DNA of 64,000 nt from NCBI GenBank assembly GCA_965202585.1, contig OZ241832.1, positions 56,296,001-56,360,000 of the forward strand. The letters run 5' to 3'. The stretch's first letter is position 1. Each line of letters starts with the position of its first letter. The position numbers and the translations under genes are program-made. A model generated the notes under the pieces. The model was not told the DNA's origin. It made no database searches and worked only from the letters and a program-made list of their open reading frames with translations. Shown piece after piece: positions 1 to 12,907 of this stretch. The DNA is from Thalia democratica (lineage: Eukaryota).

Positions 1-1899
1 TAGCGCATGATAAACTTACTTTAAAAGATGCAAAAAGTAGTTTTAAGTTGTAATTTGTAATAAACGTTCTAATTTTTTTTTATTCTCATTGAAGCGAATT
101 ACCATGTTTAGAGCTTTAAATTGAGCTTTTCTTATTATATTAATTTTTTTTTATTGAGTGTTGAATTAATTGTTAATTTCAAGCTACTAGTTTTGTTTGA
201 AAAGTGTATATACTTGTCTAAATTAAAGTTTTAGCTAAAAGAGAACATGCTTAGTAAAAACTATGAAACGAATACATTTTTTAAATTATTAAACTTTAAA
301 AATTAAAACTAAATGATTGTCAAGACTAGCATCTTGAAATATTTTTTTCAAGTTTATATGACTATAAAGTTATTTAATAAATTCGAAAATGTAACCTTAA
401 TAAAGTTTGTTAAAAATTTTAGCTAAATTAATTTACAGAAGTTGAGGTTTATACATAAAAGCTTTAGATTTTAAAAACAAGTTTAAGCTCAAACTGGTAT
501 TGTATTGATAGTAAAACAACTGAGATATAACAAATATCTCATTGCATTTAGTACTATACGTTATTTAAATATTAAGTACTTAAACCTATAAAAGTCTTTT
601 TTACATTGTAACAATAATTTATTAAAATATTTTTACGTTGTTTAACTAAATATTTTTACGTTGTTGTTTAATTAAGTAAAATAAAGAAAACAGTAGCAGT
701 ACAATTAACAAAATTCAAAATAATGCGCAGTGTTCATCAATTACTCAAAAACTTTACACTGATTTCTTTTTTGTTCCATTTTTTTTTCTCTCAATTTGCG
801 GAAAAAAAACTAGTCATTTTAACTTTTTTTTCGTTTATAAGTTTATCTTTTGACTATTATTTTACCTTTCGAAACAACACTGATAGTTTTTGGTAGACTT
901 TAACATAAAATAAAAATTTAATATAACTAGTATGATTATACTTAATATTGTTTGCAACAACAAGGTCTGAGAAAGTCTTATTTTTCATAAATAAGTTGGT
1001 AAAATTATTAGTAGCCCTTTTTTGCTAACTTACAGAACAAAAGTCTTACAACTTTTAAAATACTTAATTGGAAAATAAAAATTTTATGTTTATACATTTC
1101 TAAACGATTTTTATGGTAGTTTTAATATAGTTTTAAGCTTGTTTAAGCCTATTCTTGATTTTTAATAAGTTTTTTATACTATACATCTTCTATGATTTCT
1201 TTTTTAACTTTAAGATTTTTTTTTTTGCTTAATACTTAACAATGTGTAAATTTTTTTACTGCATATTATTGAAAGACCAGAGAAGTTCCAAGTTTTAAAG
1301 TTCAATGTAATTGATAAACTTCTTTTTATTTTTTTTACTTTTATTTCCCGTAATTGGTTACAGTATAGCTCATAAACAACTGTAAATTTTCAAATACAAA
1401 CCAAACTATCGTTTACAAAGCTTTCATCAATTTATTGACATTTTCAGTGCAATAAAATAAACGGCTTTTTGTCGGTAACATTAATAGATCGAAAATTTCT
1501 TTCTATACGTAAGTAAATACGTAACTACATTTATTTTCAACTTAAACAACAAGGTTTTTTTGTACATTTTCTAAGTGTAATATTCTTCTAAGTTTTGTGA
1601 CGTGATTTACAAAAAACGTGTGTTCTTGTTTTTTTTTATACTCACTTAAGTAGAAATATCTAGAAGAAATGAAAATTTTAGAGTATATTTATTAATGAAA
1701 TTTCAAAAGCTCAACTTATTAGTTACTTGTTAACAACTATCAAAACTTTTTACAAAGTTTTAAATACAAATACAATAACTCAGTAGATATATTTACATAA
1801 GAAAAACAGTAAAATTATTTATACACTTTATTGAAAATGATAAATTTAATTTTTAATTTTAAAAAATCTGCTAGGAGAGTAAAACTATTTTACGAAGAT

Positions 1900-4800
1900 A
1901 CATAATATAAATAAACTTTTTTTTAATAATGAAATTAAAAACAAAAAGTTCTCAATTATTTTTTAGAGAGTAAATTTAACCAGACGTTTTTGTCAAAAGT
2001 CGTTTAAAAGCCGCGACTTATGAATATTTTATTTATTCTCTTCACACTTTAAAAAACTAAAGCGTAAAATTAGTTAGTTTTCTTGGAACTTATTATAAAC
2101 GTCAAAATAAAGCAGTTTAAAGGCTTTTAAAAAATACAAATTGCTCGCGACTGCTATACTTATCTACATTATTTGAAGTTTATTTCATAGTTAATAAAAA
2201 GTAAGATTAGATGTACAAGGTGTCATGTTTAAAAAATTTATTATATATTATTATCCATCAATACACTTATTATAGCACTAAGTATAATATTCTTAAATAA
2301 AACATTTAGTAATCAACAAAATTATTTACTGTTTTAAAAAATAGTACTTTAGTATAGTACTTAATAATACTAAAAAGTTTGCACAAACGATAGAACTTTA
2401 AAAAATATGTAGTAGTTTACTTTTAAGATTTAATATTTAATCTAAATAACCATTTTACAGGTTTTCAAAATAATAATAAAGAAACTGTTTTCAGCTAACT
2501 TATATTTTTTTTGTTCTATATAAATATAATTTTTTGTAGTTAACTATTGTGTTAAATATATTTATGTTGTGTGTTGATTTATGCTTTAATATTATAAAAT
2601 AAAAGCAATTTGAAATATGTGAATAAATCATAAAAACATGTAAAAAATGTAAACCTTTTAAAACAAATAATTAAATGTTTCAGTATTTTCAAAAAATCTT
2701 ACTAGATTTTACGAAGAGCATATTGAAGAATTATTTAAACTATTTAAAAGAGAAAATCAAGTTTTAAGTTTTTAATAAAATAAGAACAACTAGTACAATA
2801 TTGAAATAAAAATAATAAGTACTGTTTATATTCAATAGTTTTAAAAAATAGGTTAGTAAGTTATAATTTTATAGTCTTAGTTTTGTTGTAAACGTTCGAA
2901 CCAAACTTTCCAAATTGTTATTAAGTTTGGTTAACAAACTCAGAAAGTAGGAATAAATCTTATGTATAATATAAAGTAATAGATACACAATTTATTTCTT
3001 TAATATCTTCAAAACTAAAGTACTATTTTCATAACATCTAACTAACCAGACAAATGTTTAATTGAGTTTCAATATACTATTTGACTTAAAGATAATATAA
3101 AAAAATTAAACATCATAAAAATTTATTTAATAACTTAATAATACTTCTGTTATATTCATTATAACTTTACTGCTTTTAAGGTAAAAAATTGTTTTCTTAA
3201 TCTTTTTTAATTATTTTATGTTTATAATTATATTTATTTTTATTATCAATTATCTTTGAAAAAAAATTACTTTCAGATGAATAACAACAAAAAGTCACAC
3301 AAAACACAAATGAATTTTGTTCTGTAATTAGTAGGCAAAAATGAACAATTTACGGCTCACTTAACCCGTAATGGGCTGAAACATTTTTAAATATAAGTTT
3401 TTAACGAAAGTTCTTGTACATATATTTAAACCTTAATTACTGTAAAACTTCTCTCTTTAAATTAAACACTGTTGTAACAGTTTACATATAAGTTTTTTTG
3501 AAATATAATTTATACATTACTACACGGTCTTTAAAGTACAAAGTTTTAGTTTGTTTACAAACTTAAATCACGTAGAGGTTAGAATTTCTAATTTTCTGTT
3601 TCCTTAATTTTTGGTTACAAAGTAAATTTAAAACAATATATGTTTTTAATTAACTTAATTATACATATTAGTGTTCGGTTTAATCTTATAAAATTTCAAA
3701 AAAAGTTAATTTGTAACAATTATTTAGGGTTGTTATACTACTAAGGTTAACTAAATATTTAATCATCTAATACTTTTTAAACGTAAAAATCTGTTTTTTT
3801 TACTTAAATAGTCCTAAAATTTTAAGAAATTAACTTTAACTAAGTTTAATTAAGACCTTTGTTTAATTATAACGCCACAAAATGTAACTAACACTTAGAG
3901 TACTCCAAAATCAATAACATACACACATAATGGATTCTTATTAAAAAATAATATATAAATAGCTAACTGCTTTATTTTAAACTAATTTTATAAACATTAA
4001 TGTTACAAGTTTTTAGTTATTTTATGTTAAGAATAACTTCTAAATACACAACGATAAATCGGTTATATAAAATTTTATTCGTTAAACCACTAACAATAAT
4101 ATATTTTTATCACATTAATGAAAAAACAATCATGCCTTAATTTTGAAAAATAAAACACATCAGCTGTATAAAAAACCATTATATTAAAACATTTTTACAA
4201 ATAGAATATTAACAAGTTAGATTTAAAAGATTTAGCTGATTAGTCAGCTTTAAAAAGGCCCGAAGCATAGGCCAACAAGCGAAAAGATTTTAGAAATTTC
4301 AATGTTTGCCAAAAGTTATTCTTAAAAAGTTTTCGGAAAAATTTAGTTCAAATAGATAAACACCACTAGAAACATTTTTGGTTTAGTAACTTTATACACA
4401 AGAGCGTTATACAAAGCAAATTGTTTGATAGTTTGAGATTTTTTCTAAAATTTCTAGTTACAATTGCAAATTATAAACTAAATATTTATAAATAATTACT
4501 TTGTACTTTTTATTTGTTACGGTTTCGACGAATTTAATCTGTGTTGTTAGAGAGTACTTAATAAGATTCTGATAAAATAAAAAGCTTTCGTAGCATTTAC
4601 TTATATAAGTTTGTCGAAGTAGATTTGTACAAGTTTAATCTAGTACGCATATAAATAAAAATCTTAAATACAAAACAACTAAAATTTACATTTTTGTAAA
4701 ACTTACCTTCAAAATTATGTAAAAATGTTCAAAATATTTTAAAATTTAAATACTAAAAACTTAAATACTTTACGTACTAGCTTAAACATTATTATTGATA

Positions 4801-7300
4801 AAGTATTTAGCTATATCTAACATAAAGTATTATTTAAGGTTGGTTTTTTTAATTATTCATGTTTACATTAAAAAACCAAAATGTTTAAAAAAGTCAAGTA
4901 AACTAAGTAATTAATACTTATTCCTACTATGTAGACTAACACCATGAAGTTTTAAAGCTTATGCTCACAGTAAACAGTTTAATATTTTTTTACAGCTGAC
5001 AAGTATAAAAGTTTGTTATTTAGTTCAACATTTTTGATAGAAGTAATAGTATACAGACGATTTCAATCAAGATTAGTTTAAAAATAAAAAGATTAGTTTA
5101 AAAAATGTATGGCTTATAAACACTTGTAAACTTTAAAGCGAAAGTAACACTGTTTTATAAAAATTTAGTTTAAAAACTTTAAAACGCTAACTTTCAAAAC
5201 AAAAACAGCTTTAATGCTTGCAAATACAAACATTATTTATTTGCATCATTAGGAGCTCATTAGATAGTTAATGAGATGTAACATTGTCTGACATATATAT
5301 GTTTTCATGGTTTATGAACTTTTTAACTGATAATGTGCCACTTCATAAACGATCTTTTTACTACACTAGTTTTTATTTTATTTAGTTATACACATGAAAA
5401 TTTTATTATTTTACAGAATAGAAAATTAATAAAGAAAAAATATACATAGAACAAAACTTTGAATTTTTATTAACAACTAACTTTTTAACCAGTTTAACAT
5501 ATTTTCTATAGTTGTAACGTGTCTAATATTTATTATACTTAAATATAAATTTTTAGTAATTCGCCTTGACAACATTTAACACTATTATAATAATTAGATC
5601 AACATCAGGGTTAATCATACCAATTCGATCATCATACCACAAGCCTTTGGTGGACTGATATCGGTTTTGTCCTGATTAGAACTCATCAATCATTTACAGC
5701 CGAAAATTATAATAATAGTTATACTCTAATGTAAAAAAATAAAACATATGTGCTGTACAACAAATAAAAACAATATATTTTGTTAGCTTTAAAAATAAAA
5801 CATTAGCAATTTAAATAATAAACTTGTAGCTGATTAATCAGCTTTAAAATCCGAAAAAAGACCTACGATCACAGAAGTTTTTGAATATCAAAACTTGACA
5901 AACTTTATACATGACAAGATTTTTATAAAACTTTAAACAAAATTCATAAACACCACTAGAAATATCTGTTGTTTTGTAACTTTATATATCACAGTGTTTA
6001 AAATAGAAAAAAAAGATCTGTTTACATTTTTACATTTTTTTATTTAATTAATAGGGATGATTAACATTTACACTCTAGAAAAATTATTAAAATTAGCTTA
6101 CTTTGTACTTTTTTAGATGCTACAGTTTTGATAAAATTAACTTGTGTTGTACGAGAATACATAAAAAAGTTAAAATAAAAATTAAAATTTAAACTATATT
6201 TAATTATATACTTATCAAAATAGAGTTGTACAAAATTAATTTTAATACTAAAATAAATTAAAATTTGAAATAAAAACAACAAAATTTATTTTATTAACAA
6301 AACCTTATAGTTCTTTTTATGAAAAACTTTTTAAAATCTACTTTAAACGGTATAAAACAGGTTACTATAGATATATATACCATATTTTCAAGCTTAAACG
6401 CTATTATAAATAAAGTACTTAGTTATATATAACACATTAAAATGTTATTTAAGATTAGTTTATAAAACTTATTCTTTTATAAATTTAAAAAGCATGAACG
6501 GCAAAAAATAAAAAAGTAATCGAATCTCTAATATTCTATTGTATCACATAAACTAACAACATGAATTTTTGATTTTCGTGCTCACATTAAACAAATACAT
6601 ACATTCTCACAATGACGTAAAAAGTTACAAAAAAACTTGTTAAAATTTTTATTTAGTTGAACATTTATATACAAAGTAAATGTAAACAGATGTTTTTTTA
6701 ACCAAGATTCATTTACGAGCAGCGAACTATGAATATTTTAAAGTGTTTTTACACATTTTTAAAAACAGAAGCGTAAAGTGACTCGTTTTCTAAATGTTTA
6801 GTTAAAACGTTAAAAATAGAATTTCAAAAAAAAAAACAATTTTAGTGGTTGCAATGGCAATTTTTATTTACCACCATTAAAAAAAGCTCATTAAATATTT
6901 AATGAGGCGTAAGATTGTATTCGTATGAATAACTAATGAACTATAAATGACTTAAATTAGTTATGTGCCATTTCATAAACTAGCTTTTTTCTACATAAAG
7001 TCATTTTTAAAAAAATAATTAATGCAGAAATTTTATGAATTTTGTACGATGTAAATAAACTTAACAAAACTTATTTACCTGTTCTTTTTTAATGTACAAA
7101 CAATTTGTTGTTTCAATTAGCATAAAATTAATAAAGGTAAAAATGTATATTAAATAAAACTTTTAATTTTTATCAACAAATAACTTTCCTTTTAACAGCT
7201 TAGCATTGAAACTTTCATTAGTTGTAATGCATATAAGACTTATTATGATTAAATAAAACTAATAAACTCTATTTCAACTGCTAAGTTAATTTTTTCGTCT
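1900..7300. repeat. Degenerate AT-rich interspersed/locally duplicated repeats
   Basis: Diverged paralogous blocks: 4233-4400 vs 5828-5995 (agctgattartcagcttt...aaacaccactagaaa), 1975-2085 vs 6695-6790 (tatgaatattttt...aagcgtaaa), 5330-5380 vs 6960-7010 (atgtgccayttcataaac). No credible coding signal. Confidence 0.45.
5645..5695 (-). ncRNA. Decayed minimal hammerhead ribozyme motif (probably inactive)
   Basis: Minus strand reads TTGATGA-GTTC-taatca-GGAC-AAAAC-cgatatca-GTC. Compare canonical CTGATGA-stemII-GAAAC-stemIII-GTC. The deviations are C>T or CpG>CpA changes, and stem I does not pair well. Confidence 0.4.
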
Positions 7301-7671
7301 ATATTTATAAATATTTGTAACTTATTATCAAGATATACGCGTATTCATAAAACATAGGTGTTTGAAACACTTCAGAAGCAATAAAGACTTTAAACCATAA
7401 ACTTTAGAGTGGTTTTAACATTTTTTCAAACATAAGATTACATTACTAAAACAAACTTTACAAACTGTAGTAAATAACTAAATAAAAATATTTATGTTAC
7501 TACAGTAATAAATCAAGTATATTAAACAAAAAATCATTAAGACAAAAATAATGAGCTTATAACAGAAAATGAAAAGCAAATTTTTTATTTTAACATCTTT
7601 GGTTTTTAAATACATTGTATATAAACAGTTGTAATGACAGTGCAAAATTCCTTGCATTGTCATTGTGTTAG

Positions 7672-8128
7672 AGAGTCAGATACGCTTCAATGCACGAGCC
7701 AATGAGAGTCATCTGATGTAATGTTGAAACTAAATACTGATGCAACGGGGTGTCAAGGCGTGACAGGCAGTGTATTTGTAAGCAGTTGGAGTTGGTGGCA
7801 GCGGGAAGCAACAACATATTGGACTTGTTTTGTGATTGTGTATTGTAAGTATTGTTTTGTGTTAAAAGTGAATTTTTTAACTGGTATTTAATTGTTTAAA
7901 TATTAAAGCCAGGTTTATAGTTAATAGTTTATTCTTTTTCAGTTTCTTCTTTACTAAAAGTTTTATTTAATTTTTAGTTTATTGTTTAAAGTCTTTTAAA
8001 TAGATTGTAATTTCTAAAAAGTTTGTCATAGTAATTTATAGTTTTGTATATGCTATTATTTCTTGTTGTGTTTTATATAAAAGATTCATCACTTAAAACT
8101 GTCTGTCTGATTTATATAAAGTAGTCTA
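7672..8128. repeat. Interspersed repeat with an inverted copy at 18267-18730 (and a short piece near 20400)
   Basis: 8040-8128 (tgtatatgctattatttcttgttgtgttttatataaaagattcatcacttaaaactgtctgtctgatttatataaagtagtcta) matches the reverse complement of ~18267-18355. The GC-richer head (gatacgcttcaatgcacgagccaatgagagtcatctga) matches 18690-18730 inverted. It resembles a retroelement 5' UTR, but this is not proven. Confidence 0.7.
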
Positions 8129-8203
8129 AAGTAGCTTTAAGTGTTTTATATATATTGTCCACTGATAATTACAAATTAGCACTTATAAATTAGTTATAGT
8201 ACT

Positions 8204-8398
8204 ATGTCCAACTTAGAGAATATTAATGATAAGTTGCCTGCAGCGGGTCCTGAAAATAAGCCTGTTAGAAGGTCACCCCGCTTGCAGGAAAAGTCTGAAC
8301 AAAAAGGTCAGGTTGACTATCTGCCCACAGTAAGTCACCCTGACCAAACTGAGGCTTTAGATGTTGGGTCACCAACATCGGTAGCCCACACAGTTTAA
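8204..8398 (+). CDS. Short orphan ORF (64 aa, MSNLENINDKLPAAGPENKPVRRSPRL...), possibly a truncated retroelement ORF1
   Basis: ATG-started ORF, GC-richer than its flanks, immediately downstream of the 7672-8128 repeat and followed by an A-run. No domain recognised. Confidence 0.25.
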   Translation: MSNLENINDKLPAAGPENKPVRRSPRLQEKSEQKGQVDYLPTVSHPDQTEALDVGSPTSVAHTV

Positions 8399-11305
8399 AA
8401 AAAAATTGCAAAATCTTATAAAGGGTGGAATGATACATATACTATAGTTAATCTTAATGGTTATAATTTTTGTTTTAATACTTTTTATACCAAAAAAAAT
8501 ATTTCAATTTGCATAAACAGTTTTATACTTATTTTAACACTTTGCTTCTTAATAGAATTAAAACATTATCGTGTACATCAATAACAGCTACTTTTTAGTT
8601 TTATATAAAATATAATCTAAATTTTCAAAAATTTAATATACCTGTTACGACACTAAGTATTAGTTAGATAAATAATAAGCATAGTTTATAACAGATTTTA
8701 TTAAAAAAAAATTTAATAATATTTTAGATATTTTGTAAGATTTACAAGTTTGCATAAACTCAAGGTGTAGAAAATACTGTAAAATTCTGATTTTAATGTA
8801 AGCATGTTAAATTAAAAACCATATTACAGGTCTACAAAAAAGGTAGAAATAACAACCAAAAGCAATTAATCAAAATCTGCATGCAACACAAAATACTCAA
8901 CCACAGCACTCTATTTCCTTCTAAAGCCACTGTTGTGAATGATATCTATTATAATATATAACAAAACTCATAAATTAAAAAAATTGACACACTAGTTAAA
9001 CTAACTTTTAGTGGTGAGGCAGCCACTTTTCAGTAAGATCCAACAGGTGGAAAGGTAATGATTGTAAAATTAATTGGTACACTTGAGGAGAAACACCTAT
9101 CATTTCTTCACAAAGAAAACTTACAAATAGACTTTTTTGACCTTTAACCTCAGCGCTACTAATAAAAATTAAATTGGTAGCGCGGAGTTTTAAACAAGTA
9201 AACTAAATTATCACAGTAATATAATCGAAAAGAGGAAATATAAAACATTAAGAAAGTGTCTATTTTCAAGATCATGATCATTAAAGAAAGTATTTTTTAT
9301 AAAAAATCTTGAAGAAGATAACACGAACAAATTCTCACAAGTGTAAAACTAGCAGCTTAAAATGAAGTTAATGTCGTTAATTTCAAATGACTTTTTTTAC
9401 TTGATGTTTTTGTTTAGACTGTTAATAGTTTTTTTTTAATTTTATATTATACTCTGTTTTTGATAAAGAGTTGTTAAAAACATTTGTGTTGAAACAATCT
9501 TTTAAACTTTTTTATCTTTAAGTACTGTTAAAGTTGACCTGTTTAACGTTCATTTAGGTCTACTATTAATTTGTATTGATTTCTATATTAGATCAGTTTA
9601 TAGTATATTTCGTTGTTTACTAGCGTAAAAAGTAATAAAAAATAACTAAAGTTAAAAGAGAAGATTGGTATGGAACCCACAAAACTAAAACACTTTATTT
9701 GATTTTTTGTCATACGTTGCTAATTTGTGGTTATTTTCTTTATTACAAACGAAATACATAAATATAGTTAACCTTACACATTTAATTTATACTTTAAAAG
9801 AATGAGATAAATTTTAAAAACGTAAAAAACTATAAATGAGATTATTTCCTTGTGATGCTGAGCTAACTAAAATCATTTGTAAAATATATCTAATTAAAGT
9901 AAAGCATAAGTTTTATGTTACAGCTATTAAACGTGTCAGTGTTTTAAAACAGCATCAAAAAAGTATAGATAGTGAAACTGTATGTATATCTTTTTAGTAG
10001 AAAGGTATATTTATACAGTGTTTAATTGAAAATTAACTAGTTAAAAATGTAAAGCTATGAACAAACGAAAAAAAAATGATTAAGTGTAATGCAAAATTGA
10101 TTTCAAGTAGATAGACTTGAAAAGTTATTTGTATATATACTTTTATGTTATAGATTAATCGATATAGACCATACTGTTAGCTGAAACAACCAAATATTGT
10201 TTAAATTACTAAATAGAGATTTGCTGTATTTTTTTAAACTTTTTCAATTCAAATATTAAAGGAAAAAGCATGCTTGAACTTTATTTCTATATCCTTTTTT
10301 TTATGCAGGTTTAAAAAAATTCTATTTTGTTTAACTGTTCAAGTTACAGCTAAGTTCTGTTTTTTGTGTTATTATAAAAACTCAACTGTACTTTTATTTA
10401 AAATTTGTTATATTTATTATTATCGCAATTAATCAAAAATACAACAAAAATTTTATATTTTAGTAACAAAATGCTTATAATAGCATTTAAATAATAGTAA
10501 AACAGTTGATTTAATTTCTTTTTGATTTAAGCTTTAACAGTATTAATTTTTTTAGGTCTTAACATTTTTAGTTTGTTTCGAAATAATTGGTTTACGTCAA
10601 ACTCTGTAAGATGATTACACAATTTCTAAAGAACTTTAAGGTTTTTAAAACCTTCAACAAGCTCTAAGTTCGCTTAACACCAGATTTGGTAAAAAGCACT
10701 GCATTTAGTTATAAAAATATCCGGCAGTAAAACTTAAATTATATTTTTATTTTATTCAACCCTACTTTCGGCGATTTCTTAACACTTTTAACAGTGTTTT
10801 TTACCAATTCTGATGTGATAAGAAAATTCAAGAAACATTTAAACAGGTTTACCAAACTCATTTTCATAATCGCCATGTTAGCATATTATTTAAAAGTTAT
10901 TTCCCCTTTACTAACCAATGCTCCTTTACTAATTAATTATTCACTTACTTCTTTTTACTTTATTTGTTATAGCCAACTTTTGAAAGTATAGAACTAAAGA
11001 TAACAAATATAGTTTGAAATAACAACGTGTCTAAAAAATAAAGATAGCAAACAATGAAAAATATTGTTGCGAGAACATAACATATATATTACATACACTT
11101 AACCCTGTCTTCACAATCAAAACATGTGTTTTAAAAGAACAAAAACCACTAATCAATAGTAAAAATTACAATAAGATAAAACCAAATATAAGATAAAACA
11201 AAGCAAAAAATAAGTTGATTTGTACATAAGTTGTTTATAAGATAAGCTAACTAAAAATATTTAATTTATTTGAAACGTCATGTGTTATTTTGTATGATTG
11301 TTTAA

Positions 11306-11380
11306 AAATTTTGCTATGTACTTTATTTCGTTCTGAAGATACGTGTTAAACGTTGAAACTTAGTAAACTATACAAAAATT
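11306..11380 (+). ncRNA. Type I minimal hammerhead ribozyme
   Basis: gtt-CTGAAGA(11333-39)-t-acg-tgttaaa-cgt-t-GAAAC(11355-59)-tta-GTA(11363-65)-aac. Stem I gtt/aac is extended by tgta/taca and aatttt/aaaatt; stem II is acg/cgt. Confidence 0.65.
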
Positions 11381-11438
11381 AGTTGTTATTTTGTATTATA
11401 AAAATGTATATAACATATGTATATTTTCAAGTATTATT

Positions 11439-11967
11439 TTTTTTTTTTATTTTTATTTTTTTTTTTTTTTTTTATGGTAAAAAACATCAGTTTCAAACTC
11501 TACCCCTTGCAACGATAAACGTTTTCTGGGGAAAAGTGAGTGTGTTACATCATATGTAATTTTACCTGCCCCATTAATATTTAACTTTAACTATCCAAAA
11601 ATAAAATAAATAAAAAACTATCTTTTAAACAAATAAAAAGCCCTTGGTGACACGCCATTTGGAGAACACTCACAAGGCTAAAATCTCAACACTAAAAACC
11701 ACAAAGTGTGGGAAAATCATGAAGCTCAAATCCCCAAGTAAGTGTTCACCGGCGCTACAACAAAAAAATCACACCAACAATCCAATCATGTGATCACCGC
11801 CACCAAAGTGAACTCACAATCAGCTGTTGAGCAAATGCATAAAACTAGTATTATAATGAATACATTAGCATTAAATAACTATCTTAAAGCTTGATAATTA
11901 ACTAATTTACTGAAATGGTACTCAGAAAAAAAATCTAAAAATTAAGCTAAATTAGAAAAAAATAAAT
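11439..11967 (-). mobile_element. Poly(A)-tailed retroposed insertion (SINE or LINE 3' fragment)
   Basis: Long T-run at the left end (poly-A on minus). Absent from the paralogous site at ~31452 (caagtattattatctacaag). A 5-bp TTATT is duplicated (11434-38, 11968-72). A second short copy of its 3' end (caaactctaccccttgcaac) is at ~28725-28780. Confidence 0.7.
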
Positions 11968-12907
11968 TTATTATCTACAAGTAGCGGAACAGTTTTGGAG
12001 CATTAAAACCATTATTTTTTTTACTAACAAAAAGAATCATACAGGTTATTTAGACTAATTTTCTAATTAGTTCTACACAAATACATGGAAGCAATTTACT
12101 GTTCAAGTGCTTTTACTTTTAAGTTGACAATGCAAAAAACAGATAATTCTTTTCGATTAAACTTAGTTAAAGAGTTCAACGAACATAAAACAATAAATAA
12201 CCAAGCTTAAAAAATATAACACAGATAGAAAAAATATCAAAGTAAGATTAATAATGTCAATAACACAGTAAAACTGATCATTATGCCAATTCTAAGCATT
12301 CTTAACGTAAAATACACATAAAAATCAACGTAACAAATCTACGGAGTAAGAGTACTTTACAAAAATATTGTGCTTTACATCTGGTGTTATTACTATACTG
12401 GAATCGTTAATATTAATCCTTGATTAATTGTTAATATATCAATTTTGATTACTCTTGTTAACTTTTTAGTTAATTTATAAATCTTACAACTCAAAGTAGT
12501 TTGTTGCTACTCAGGTTAGTTTTTCTGCACTGAACTTTTTAGCTATATATATTTTACTTAAAAAATTGTGCCTGAATATTCTTTGGTTGTAATTACATGA
12601 TAATCTCTGTAAAAAATAGCCTTTTTTGATTAAAGTAATGTATTATTTTATGAAAACTGTGAACTTTTGTAAATGATAGTCAACTTTCTCAAGTCCATTG
12701 CATTTTTAAAATTTATCTATAGTGCCACTACCTATTTTCTATATTTTATTAACCAAAACTTTTTTAAGTAAAATAACTTTAAATATAAAGCAAGTAACCG
12801 AACTATGTTAATTTTTTTTTATTTAATTATATGATATAGTTTCCAACGTGTTTCTAAAATTGCATATATCTTAAAGCTGTATTGTATTATAAACAATAAA
12901 AGCAATA

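Larger units (their letters stand above)
8921..12364. repeat. Segmental duplication, copy 1 (copy 2 at 28943-31954, direct orientation)
   Basis: Near-identical sequence from ctaaagcyactgttgtgaatgatatc to acggagtaagartactttacaaaa. Copy 1 has an extra 529 bp insert; copy 2 has an extra ~110 bp near 31550-31660. Confidence 0.95.

Noticed and set aside
6061-7663. Short F/I/K/N/L-rich ORFs in the track (e.g. 6061-6282, 7478-7663, 13856-14056, 14442-14645, 35359-35544)
   Set aside because: Composition is what AT-rich non-coding DNA produces by chance; no domains, and many use non-ATG starts.
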